IMG/VR virus record: IMGVR_UViG_3300044833_000182
Location: 32,109 to 96,108 of that record
DNA: 64,000 nucleotides
Source: a virus
Reading direction: 5' to 3' (one strand)
Within the stretch, counting starts at the first letter, position 1, and each line of letters starts with the position of its first letter. The notes below the pieces were generated by a model, which saw only the letters and a list, made by a program, of their open reading frames with translations, did not search any database and was not told the origin of the DNA. This document shows, piece after piece, positions 54,792 to 62,891 of this stretch. The position numbers and the translations under genes are program-made.

Positions 54792-55349
54792 ATGTACAAA
54801 GAATATCTCGAATGCGAGAAGCCGCTGTTCCCCCTCCGCAACCCCATGCTGCGGAGCGGTGTCCAGCCGACGCCAACCGATATCCTCGGGCCGTTCTACA
54901 AGGCTGGCGCGCCGCTGGTCGCAAACGGCGTCATCGGCGAGGCCGATCAGTTCAACCGCCTGACCATCCACGTTTCCGGGCGTGTTCTATCGGTGGACGG
55001 CGAGCCCGTCGCCGGGGCCGTACTGGACGTGTGGCAGGCGGACAGCCACGGCGTGTACGACAACGACGGGTACAGACTGCGCGGCAAGGTCGAAGCAAAC
55101 TATGTCAATGTCGGTGGATACGAGTTTCAGACGGTCATGCCCGGGGACTACCAGATCGGCGACGAGCCGCCCGAGTTCCGCTGCGCCCACATCCACGTCA
55201 TCGTGACGGCGTCTGGGTTCAAGACGCTGACGACGCAACTGTACTTTGCTGATGACAAATACGATGCGACTGATCGCTGGTTCGACGCCAGGCGGGTGAT
55301 CCAGGTTCCGCACGGGACGTTCGATTTCGTCCTCGTGCCGGAGGGCTGA
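54792..55349 (+). CDS. Intradiol ring-cleavage dioxygenase family protein
   Basis: GPFY, SGRV..G.P..GA.LDVWQAD..GVY, F.T.MPGDY, RCAHIH, LTTQLYF; two Tyr and two His Fe ligands present. Confidence 0.92.
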   Translation: MYKEYLECEKPLFPLRNPMLRSGVQPTPTDILGPFYKAGAPLVANGVIGEADQFNRLTIHVSGRVLSVDGEPVAGAVLDVWQADSHGVYDNDGYRLRGKVEANYVNVGGYEFQTVMPGDYQIGDEPPEFRCAHIHVIVTASGFKTLTTQLYFADDKYDATDRWFDARRVIQVPHGTFDFVLVPEG

Positions 55350-55350
55350 C

Positions 55351-55545
55351 GTGGACGACGGCTCAAGCAACGAGGAACTGTGGAGGCGGGCCAGGAAGCC
55401 GTCCGGCGGCGGTTCCGGCTGGAAGAGCCTGGACTGGTTCGAGGCGCTTGCATGGGCCGGAATCACGGTGACGCTGCTGGCGTTCTTGGCGTTTGTGCTG
55501 TGGGCGTGCCTCTGGCTGGAGAAGCACAGCTGCCGGTTTCTTTGA
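55351..55545 (+). CDS. Small membrane protein
   Basis: One TM segment. Confidence 0.5.
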   Translation: MDDGSSNEELWRRARKPSGGGSGWKSLDWFEALAWAGITVTLLAFLAFVLWACLWLEKHSCRFL

Positions 55546-55552
55546 GAGAGGA

Positions 55553-55849
55553 ATGGTGATGAGTCCGCTCAACTGGATCATGGCTGGCCTGCTCAAGGTC
55601 CGCGCCAACCGCGCAGCCGGCAATCCCACGACGCCGCTGCCGCCGCTGGTCCCGCCCCGGCCGGTCAAGGAACCGGCGAGCGAGGCGACGGACGGCGTGG
55701 AATGGCTGCTGGTGGAAGCGCCGGGCATATTCGGCGAAGGCGTATTGACGGCGCGCGGCCGGACCAAGAGCGAGGCTCGCTCCCGGCTGAAACGCCGTCT
55801 GAACCTGAAGCGCCTGCCGCCCGGAACGCGGCTGACGCGGTGCGGCTGA
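55553..55849 (+). CDS. Basic hypothetical protein
   Basis: GAGGA RBS; ARGRTKSEARSRLK. Confidence 0.55.
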   Translation: MVMSPLNWIMAGLLKVRANRAAGNPTTPLPPLVPPRPVKEPASEATDGVEWLLVEAPGIFGEGVLTARGRTKSEARSRLKRRLNLKRLPPGTRLTRCG

Positions 55850-56095
55850 TGCCGAAGCGAAAGTGGAGCCTGCAAACGCGGCGGCGGGCCGACCGGGATC
55901 ACGCCGCGAAGAAGGCGGCGAGGAAACAGCGACAACACTTGCTGGCGGTCAAGAGCGAGGTGGAGTTGCGGCGGATGGTGCTGGCATCGCGGGCAAAGCA
56001 GAGGAAGAGACACCGATAAAGGGACGGCGCAGGACGGTCGGGACGCATTCTCGTCCTGTGCCCGCCCGATTCGACCGGAGAGGTAAAGGCATCAT

Positions 56096-57727
56096 GTGTG
56101 GAGGAATCTTCGCTGGCTGAAAATCCTGGCCCTCGCCGCGACGGTCGGACTGACAACGGCCGCCGCGCCAGCCCCGGAACCGCCGCTGTCGTCGCCGGCC
56201 GACGCGGTTGTCCTTGCCTGGAAGGACGCACAGACGCTGCCCGCAGACGATGCGCCCTTCATCCGCTACCTATGGGTGGCGACGCCCGGCGCGAAAGCCA
56301 CGGCGGTCTGGAGGCTGCATCAGAACCTCCTCTCCCGGTATTCCGAGATGACGGAGCCGGTCGAGATAACGCCCTGGCTGTGGCGCATCGACCTGCGCGA
56401 ACCGCAGTGGGAACCGGCGACCTGGGAGAAATCGGCGACTGCGGAGAACGAGGTTTACTTCCATCAGACGGTGACTCTCGCGGAAGACGCCGTCTTCGCG
56501 AAGGTCCGGCCGATCGGATTGAGGACGAAGGGAACGTTCAGCAAGGGCCGCAAGCCGGGGAGGTTCCTCCAGAGCAAGAAGGCTGGCGCGAAGGTGCAGC
56601 TCGCCGCGGCATGGCTGCCCGGCGAGACGGTCGTGAAGCTCCGCGAGTTGCTGTATACAGAATCGCCTGTTCTGAATGCGGAGTGGTTGTTCGTCCAGAG
56701 CGCCCGGCAGCGGAACCTCCTCAACGACGACAACCACGGGCTCGGCTACTACGACTTTTTGCGGCTGAAGGACCGCAGGGATTACTTCGAGCTGATCGAC
56801 CCGAAGTCAAACTTCGTCCGTGCCTCCGAACTGTTCGGCCGGGAGTTCCTGGCGGCTCTGGACAAGAGCGCAATCAGCCCGCAGAACCGGCAGTTTTTCC
56901 GGTATCAGAGCCGGGGCGGCGGGACATGGTCAACGCTTGACACGGACAAGCAGAAGGGTCGCGGGGTAGCGCTGAAAAACCTCCGCAGGCCGGACTCAGG
57001 CGCAAAGGACCAGACGGGCAGGTTCAAGCACAACACGGAGGAGTGGTACGGGCCGATGTCCAACGGCCTGCCGGCGGTGTTTCTCAGCGACGACAAGGGA
57101 GTGCGGCAGAACGTCGCCCCCGGAGATACGCATGGGCTGCACGATCGGAGCAGCCTGAACGAGAGCAACAGCCAGACGCTGCACATCGGGCTTTCCTGCT
57201 GGCAGTGTCACTATCCGAACGTGCTGAAGCCGTTCACCGACGACGTCCGCAAACAGTACGCCTTGGGGCAACTGACCTTCCTGGGAGCGAAGGACAAGAA
57301 GCAGGGGCTGGAGTTCCGCCAGCTCCTGATGAGTGATATCTACACGGCATTCGCGGACGATCAGGCGCTTTACGTCCGCGCCTTCGCGAAGGCCACGGTG
57401 ACGAGGGACCACCCGAAGGGGCTGGATGTCAAGACGGCGGTGAAGTGGTACAGCCGGTGGTTCCACGCCTACGCCACCGACGACGTAACGCTGGCCAGTT
57501 CGGCTCGCTGGTTGGGGGTGACGGAGGCATTGTGGTTGCGGGCCCTGCGGAATTACGCCCGGCCGCTGCCGAATGCGGCGATCCTCTCCGATGAGGCGCT
57601 GGGCAGGTTCTTGCTGAAGGAACCGCTTGGGATGACGCGGTTGACGTTCGAGGATTCATACTCGCTCGCCCAGGTTGTGCTGGCGCAAGAACGGGCGCGG
57701 ATGACGAAGGCAAAGGACAAACCATGA
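56096..57727 (+). CDS. Secreted protein with one c-type heme motif
   Basis: Signal peptide; IRYL, WRIDLR, NGLP..L.D..G.RQ..AP, GLSCWQCH. Confidence 0.8.
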   Translation: MWRNLRWLKILALAATVGLTTAAAPAPEPPLSSPADAVVLAWKDAQTLPADDAPFIRYLWVATPGAKATAVWRLHQNLLSRYSEMTEPVEITPWLWRIDLREPQWEPATWEKSATAENEVYFHQTVTLAEDAVFAKVRPIGLRTKGTFSKGRKPGRFLQSKKAGAKVQLAAAWLPGETVVKLRELLYTESPVLNAEWLFVQSARQRNLLNDDNHGLGYYDFLRLKDRRDYFELIDPKSNFVRASELFGREFLAALDKSAISPQNRQFFRYQSRGGGTWSTLDTDKQKGRGVALKNLRRPDSGAKDQTGRFKHNTEEWYGPMSNGLPAVFLSDDKGVRQNVAPGDTHGLHDRSSLNESNSQTLHIGLSCWQCHYPNVLKPFTDDVRKQYALGQLTFLGAKDKKQGLEFRQLLMSDIYTAFADDQALYVRAFAKATVTRDHPKGLDVKTAVKWYSRWFHAYATDDVTLASSARWLGVTEALWLRALRNYARPLPNAAILSDEALGRFLLKEPLGMTRLTFEDSYSLAQVVLAQERARMTKAKDKP

Positions 57728-58602
57728 AACTGTTCGGCTTCTTCCTGATCCTCCTTGCCGGCCTGGCGCTGCTGATGCTCACGCCGCCGGCGGAGGCCGT
57801 CTGTTACACCAGCGGTTATTCCGTCCCGTCGTATGCGCCCAGCTACACCAGCTTCCGCAAGAGTTTCAGCGGCTACAGCAGTTACTCGACGGTTTATCCC
57901 GTCGCGCAGTTCGTCGGCGTGCCGATCCCGATTTTTGGCAGCGTGTACATCGGCCCGACCGGCGTTGCCAGCGCCGCGGCGGCGATTGGACAGGGCACCG
58001 GCCCGGTCGCCCAGCAAGCCGCCGCCGTGCAGGCCGCGCCTGCCCCTGTTGCTCCCGCTCCCGTAGCTGCCGCCCCGCAGCCAAACAACGACATGCTCAC
58101 GCAAGTCCTCGCCGTGGTGAAGCAGATCGCCGCGAAGCAGGACGCACACGGTTACGCGATCAAGAGCCTGGCGGACCGGCAGGACCGGCACGAGCAGCGG
58201 CTGGCAGCGGTGGAAGCGGCGATGAACCTTCCTCCGCCCCCACCCACTCCGCCTCTTCCACCGCCGCCCATGAAGGAGGCCGCCCCGGACGAAGCAGCCG
58301 TGCCGCCTGCGCCCCCTGTCAAGCTCGACGCCGCCCTGACGATCGCCAACCGTTCCTGTGCCGCTTGCCACCTGAAGGGCAACCACAAGCGAGCGGATTC
58401 TGACGGCTTCGTGCTGCTGGAAGCGAAGGACAGGCGGACCGCGCTGACCGACAAGCAGCGGAAGAACTACCTGTCGCACATCAGCGGGGGCAAGATGCCG
58501 CCCCCGGACAACGCGCTGAGCATCCCGCCGCTGACCGCTGACGAGAAGAAGGTTCTGACTGCCGATCTCGACAATTACCCGATCAAGCCCGAGGCGAAGT
58601 AA
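57724..58602 (+). CDS. Secreted protein with a C-terminal class I c-type cytochrome domain
   Basis: Signal peptide (AEA); SCAACH; distal GKMPP; LT.DEK. Confidence 0.85.
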   Translation: MKLFGFFLILLAGLALLMLTPPAEAVCYTSGYSVPSYAPSYTSFRKSFSGYSSYSTVYPVAQFVGVPIPIFGSVYIGPTGVASAAAAIGQGTGPVAQQAAAVQAAPAPVAPAPVAAAPQPNNDMLTQVLAVVKQIAAKQDAHGYAIKSLADRQDRHEQRLAAVEAAMNLPPPPPTPPLPPPPMKEAAPDEAAVPPAPPVKLDAALTIANRSCAACHLKGNHKRADSDGFVLLEAKDRRTALTDKQRKNYLSHISGGKMPPPDNALSIPPLTADEKKVLTADLDNYPIKPEAK

Positions 58603-58659
58603 CTACCAACTGTATAGTTTCGCCCGGCTGTACAGATCAAGGCTGGAAGGAGAAACAAG

Positions 58660-58902
58660 ATGCACTTTCGTAACGGCAGGGTTGCCCAAAACGGCGACAA
58701 GGTCGTACTACTGCCGGAGAGTTGGGGTTATCCGGTTGTCGGCATCCTGTACGACGCTGTGGCCGGGAACGATTGCTGCAACGGCAGGCTGGCGCCGATC
58801 AGCAACAGCGATCCCATGCCGAACCTCGCTGAATGCCTGCATCTCGACGACGTGAAGGCGGCGGTGGCGGGTTCGGAGGCGTGTGCCAAGAAGAAGCCAT
58901 GA
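58660..58902 (+). CDS. Conserved small protein (MHFRNGR.A.NGD..GND.CNG..CLH.DD)
   Basis: AAGGAG RBS. Confidence 0.75.
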   Translation: MHFRNGRVAQNGDKVVLLPESWGYPVVGILYDAVAGNDCCNGRLAPISNSDPMPNLAECLHLDDVKAAVAGSEACAKKKP

Positions 58903-59141
58903 CGCAGCCGCACACAATCATGGTCTTCGACAGATGCCAGACGCCCGGCTGCAAGTGTTCGCTCCTGTCCGTCCTCGAAGGCATCCGCGGGACGTGTACG
59001 ACGTGCTGGTTCGAGAGCCAGCCGCCCCGCATACGACGGTCGATGAACGCCCTGATGGCTGCGGCGTTCGACGAAGACGGGACGAAAGCGAAGGCGGCGG
59101 CGCTGGATACGCTGGAGAGGATGAGGGCAACGAAACGATGA
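58899..59141 (+). CDS. Small Cys-rich protein
   Basis: ATGA coupling. Confidence 0.5.
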   Translation: MTQPHTIMVFDRCQTPGCKCSLLSVLEGIRGTCTTCWFESQPPRIRRSMNALMAAAFDEDGTKAKAAALDTLERMRATKR

Positions 59142-59389
59142 TGCCGCGATACCACCCGACCGTCGCCGTGCTGGCCAGCGATGTCAATGCCGTGACGCAT
59201 CACGCCCCCTTCGGCGATCAGGCGGCGCGGTACGAGGACAACCGCAAGGCGGTCCTTGGCTTGATGGTCTTGCTCCGGGGGAACTGCCCGGCGTCGCCCG
59301 AACTGGAAACCGCCCTGAATCGGCTGCGTGAGTGTCTTATGTGGAGTAACGCATCCATCGCATGCAACGAGAAAGAAGATAAACAATGA
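59138..59389 (+). CDS. Acb2/Tad1-like helical-hairpin protein (candidate nucleotide-signal sponge)
   Basis: THHAP.GDQ..RYE..R..CP.S.E...AL..L.E..MW.NASIA. Confidence 0.65.
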   Translation: MMPRYHPTVAVLASDVNAVTHHAPFGDQAARYEDNRKAVLGLMVLLRGNCPASPELETALNRLRECLMWSNASIACNEKEDKQ

Positions 59390-59907
59390 AGACTTTCGCA
59401 TTGTTCGCCGCCCTGTTCTGCTTGACGCTGTTCGCCGTCCCCTCCCAGGCCGGCAAGTTCGCGAAGGGTGGAGGCGGCAAGGGGGCCGGCGCCCGGACGG
59501 CTGGGGCGAAGGCTGCTGCGCCTGGGGCCTTTCGCCGCGGCAGCGGGTTCCGGCACAATGGCTACTTCGCGGGCAACAGCATCTACGGCCGCGGCTACTA
59601 CGTCAACGGGCTGTACGTCGGCGCGACCGCCCAGCTTTACGCGGCCTACACGGCTCCTTCCGCGACGATTTACGCCGACCCGGCGCCAGCCCAGGCGTTC
59701 GCCGCCCCCGCGCCGGCATACGTCGCGCCTCCGCCGCAGCCAGCGGTGTACTACGCGCCCGCTCCCGTGGTCTACTACTCGACCCCGGCGTATTACTCCG
59801 TTCCAACTTACTACAGCCCGGCCTACTACGGCGGCGGCTACGGCGGCTTCCGCAGTTATGGCTACGGCGGAGGGTTCCGCGGAGGGTTCCGCGGCGGGCG
59901 GCGGTAA
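59386..59907 (+). CDS. Secreted Gly/Tyr/Pro-rich low-complexity protein
   Basis: Signal peptide (SQA); YY.P repeats; GGFRGG tail. Confidence 0.75.
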   Translation: MKTFALFAALFCLTLFAVPSQAGKFAKGGGGKGAGARTAGAKAAAPGAFRRGSGFRHNGYFAGNSIYGRGYYVNGLYVGATAQLYAAYTAPSATIYADPAPAQAFAAPAPAYVAPPPQPAVYYAPAPVVYYSTPAYYSVPTYYSPAYYGGGYGGFRSYGYGGGFRGGFRGGRR

Positions 59908-59982
59908 GCCTCTCACGGGGACGCCGGAGCGCTGCGCACCGGTAATGCGCAGCCTCCGACGGTTGATTCAAACGAGGCACAG

Positions 59983-60234
59983 ATGGACGAGCTAGACGAT
60001 CTGCTGTATCGTCGCTGGCGCTGGGAGGCGGCGGAGGGCTTCTGCTTCGGGTTGATCTGGTTCAGCCCGGTTCTTCTCTGCCTCGGCTGGGGCAAACTGT
60101 GGCCGCTCTTCGTGGTTCTGCCGGTCGGCGCGGCCTTCTATTTCGTTCAGGAGATGACTCGCCGAACGCGGCGGGAACTGCGCGACTGGCGGCCGCCGGT
60201 CTTTGAGAACGGCAAGGCGTACCGGTCGCGGTAA
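59983..60234 (+). CDS. Small membrane protein
   Basis: Two hydrophobic segments. Confidence 0.55.
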   Translation: MDELDDLLYRRWRWEAAEGFCFGLIWFSPVLLCLGWGKLWPLFVVLPVGAAFYFVQEMTRRTRRELRDWRPPVFENGKAYRSR

Positions 60235-60270
60235 CAACAGAACAACACTCTTCGCCCGGGAGAATGAACG

Positions 60271-60528
60271 ATGCCCGTTACCGACCAGCAACTTCAGCAG
60301 CTTCAAACGATGGTCGCGACCCTCGTCGCCGACAAGGCGGCGGCGGACAGCGCCACGCAAACGAGCAACGCCGCCGACACGGCCGCGGTGCAGTCAGCCG
60401 CGGCGGCCGCGCAGGCGAAGCTCGACGAGGCTGCAGCGGACGGCAAGGCGACGAGCGACCTGACGGCGCTGATGACGTTCGTGGACGGGTTGGCGAACCC
60501 GCCTCCGGTCCCGCCGCCGACGCCGTGA
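60271..60528 (+). CDS. Ala-rich coiled-coil protein
   Basis: Linker-like leader TTCGCCCGGGAG. Confidence 0.6.
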   Translation: MPVTDQQLQQLQTMVATLVADKAAADSATQTSNAADTAAVQSAAAAAQAKLDEAAADGKATSDLTALMTFVDGLANPPPVPPPTP

Positions 60529-60543
60529 GGGGAGGGATAAACC

Positions 60544-61077
60544 GTGTGGGTCAAGTGCGACAAGTGCGGGCGGCATTACGACGATTACAGCCGGTGGACG
60601 ATCTGTCCGCACGGCCCGCTCGGCTTCGCCCCTGACGACTACTGCCCGCACTGCGACACGCTGAAGACCATTCACGGCCTCTGTCGTCATCAGAAGGAGC
60701 AAACCAGTGCATCCAGCGGTGTCCCACGTTCTGAAGTTCTTCAGCTTCACGCATTTGCCGCCCCATCTTCAGGAGGTGTCGCGGCCGTTCGCGGAACTGG
60801 CGAAGCAGGTGGCGGAACGCGCCCCGGACAATCAGGAGACGACGGTGGCGCTGAGAAAACTCTTGGAAGCAAAAGATTCGGCGGTAAGGGCAACACTCTG
60901 AGACGCCTTTACCTGTGGTTCCTCGCTCGCTTCCGTTTGTCGCCGGACGCCGTGTGCGAAATGTCCAAAGGGATGGGATTGGTGGACTACCATGATTATC
61001 CCGATGACGAATTCGGCAAGCCGGACCATTTCGTTGAACTGACGTGCAAGAGGTGTGGAAAGAGGTTCCGGATCTGA
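60544..61077 (+). CDS. Two small Zn-binding domains in one frame, spanning a nested gene
   Basis: CDKC..YDD..ICPH..CPHC; VCEMS..DYHDYPD..CKRCGK.F. Confidence 0.5.
   Translation: MWVKCDKCGRHYDDYSRWTICPHGPLGFAPDDYCPHCDTLKTIHGLCRHQKEQTSASSGVPRSEVLQLHAFAAPSSGGVAAVRGTGEAGGGTRPGQSGDDGGAEKTLGSKRFGGKGNTLRRLYLWFLARFRLSPDAVCEMSKGMGLVDYHDYPDDEFGKPDHFVELTCKRCGKRFRI
60707..60901 (+). CDS. Small helical-hairpin protein (FF...HLPPHLQ.VS.PF..ALRKLLEAKD.AVRA)
   Basis: AAGGAG RBS; recurrent phage family with an Acb2-like C-terminal helix. Confidence 0.8.
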   Translation: MHPAVSHVLKFFSFTHLPPHLQEVSRPFAELAKQVAERAPDNQETTVALRKLLEAKDSAVRATL

Positions 61078-61090
61078 GGAGGGGCAAGCC

Positions 61091-61327
61091 GTGATCTCGA
61101 CGCATGCCATCAATGGCATATTCGCTGTCCTCTCGGACGGGGCTCGTTCGTGGTCGTTCATTGACATCGCCAGGGTGATCATCATCGTGATCGCTGTGTG
61201 CGCCGTGGTGTTCATCGCCTGCAAGGCAATGGGCATCCAGATCCCGCAGTGGGCGATCCAGATAGGCGTTGTTGTCCTTGTCGCTTTCGTCGCCATCGTG
61301 GCAATTTCCCTGCTGGCGACGATGTAA
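61091..61327 (+). CDS. Two-TM membrane protein (holin-like)
   Basis: GAGGAGG RBS; two long hydrophobic helices. Confidence 0.65.
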   Translation: MISTHAINGIFAVLSDGARSWSFIDIARVIIIVIAVCAVVFIACKAMGIQIPQWAIQIGVVVLVAFVAIVAISLLATM

Positions 61328-61411
61328 ACCACCCCGGGCCGCGCCCGGACGTGCAAAGCCGGACAGCAGACGCACCCCGGCGCGGCACGGACCATGTAAG
61401 AGGGAAAAACC

Positions 61412-62023
61412 ATGTTCGACGCTTTCGAGGTCGGCTGCCGCACCATCGGCGTGAACCCTGCCACGGTGCAGGTGACAGCCGCTGCCGCCCTTGGCCTGCT
61501 GATTGCGGCGGCAGCCCTGCTGGCGTCCGTGATCGGCGCGTACAGAACGGCGAAGGTCGGCCTGTACCTGACGCGGGCAACCTGGCGGTGGACGTTCCCC
61601 GCGCGGCCGCCGTCGCCCTTGTGCGCCTCCGTGCTGCGGGCGCTGGCGGGGCCGAAGCTGACGCTGGAACCCGGCCGGAACGTCCTTGCTGGCCCCAACT
61701 TCCGCGCGTCCTTCAAGGCGGACGCGGACGCGCTGGAGTCATTCGAGGTCCGCTCGGTGAAGAAGGTTCCTGAGCGCTGCGGCAACAGTTCCGCGGCGAT
61801 CGAGTACAGCCAGGACGTGCTGCCGCTGCTGGTGCTGAAGAGCGAGCGGAAGTTGGTCGAGAAGGCATCGCTGGCGGCCCGCAAGCGGGTGCTGCAAGAG
61901 AACGCGGACATGGCCGGCTGCGAGGCGATGGACGCGCTGGCCGCGGGGGCGCTGCCATCCTGTGCCACGACTACGGGCAACGGGGCGAAGGATTGGCCGA
62001 ATATGGCGCGGCGGACGGGGTGA
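61412..62023 (+). CDS. Membrane-anchored hypothetical protein
   Basis: N-terminal TM segment. Confidence 0.55.
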   Translation: MFDAFEVGCRTIGVNPATVQVTAAAALGLLIAAAALLASVIGAYRTAKVGLYLTRATWRWTFPARPPSPLCASVLRALAGPKLTLEPGRNVLAGPNFRASFKADADALESFEVRSVKKVPERCGNSSAAIEYSQDVLPLLVLKSERKLVEKASLAARKRVLQENADMAGCEAMDALAAGALPSCATTTGNGAKDWPNMARRTG

Positions 62024-62099
62024 GACCACGCGGGACAGGGAGTGTCGGGGGAGGCTGGAGAGAGGCCTCCGCCGGCGGTCCTTGGAGGAGAGAACGGCG

Positions 62100-62351
62100 G
62101 TGGACCCCGAACGAAACTACGCCTCCTGGGTGCCAGTGGAATCCTCCAATCTCCACTCCGTTATCTGGTACGAAGACCGGACTACCGGCGTGGGCATGCT
62201 GGGCGTCCGCTTCGGCGGGCAGAAGGGTAGGCCGATCACGACGTATGACTACATCGGCGTGCCGGAGAGCGTGTATCAGGGACTGCTTGCCGCGCCAAGT
62301 AAAGGGAAGTATCACGCAGCGAATATCAAGAACAAGTATCCGTGGCGGTGA
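62100..62351 (+). CDS. KTSC-domain protein
   Basis: PVESSNL.SV.Y..L.VRF..Y.Y..VP..VY..LL.APSKGKY...IK..Y. Confidence 0.9.
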   Translation: MDPERNYASWVPVESSNLHSVIWYEDRTTGVGMLGVRFGGQKGRPITTYDYIGVPESVYQGLLAAPSKGKYHAANIKNKYPWR

Positions 62352-62381
62352 GTGGCGAGGAGGCGGATTCGAGGCGCGACG

Positions 62382-62891
62382 ATGGGCGGCAAAACCACAA
62401 ACACCACAAAGGCAAAGCCAAAAAAGAAGACGCATCCTTGGCAACCGAAGTTCCTGGCCGCGCTGAAGAAGACCGGCAACATCTGCAAGTCTGCTAAAGC
62501 GGCTGGCGTTGATCGAGGGACCGTTTACGACTGGCGGGACGCCGACGAGGCAAACGCGGAAGCGATGACAGAGGCGATCTCTCACGCCAAGGAAGACTCG
62601 ACAGACGCCCTGGAAGCGGAGGCGGAGCGGCGGGCGAAGAAGGCAAGCGACGTGCTCTTGATCTTCTTGCTGAAGTCGCGGAAGCCGGACGTGTATCGGG
62701 AGGTTCATCGGCATGAGCACAGCGGCCCCGGCGGTGGGGCAATCACCCATGAGCAGCGAATCACCTTCGCGGAATTCGAGCGACTACCTCTCGAAGACCG
62801 CGTCCGCATCCTTCGCGCGCAGGTACTCCTACCGGGTGGGGATCGAAACGGGCGAACTGTTCCGCCAGGAAATGAGCGTGTGCCGGGATGA
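62382..62891 (+). CDS. terS: Terminase small subunit
   Basis: FLAALKKTGNI.K.A..AGVDR.TVY.WR..D..LE.EA.RRA..SD.LLIFLLK..P..YR. Confidence 0.88.
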   Translation: MGGKTTNTTKAKPKKKTHPWQPKFLAALKKTGNICKSAKAAGVDRGTVYDWRDADEANAEAMTEAISHAKEDSTDALEAEAERRAKKASDVLLIFLLKSRKPDVYREVHRHEHSGPGGGAITHEQRITFAEFERLPLEDRVRILRAQVLLPGGDRNGRTVPPGNERVPG

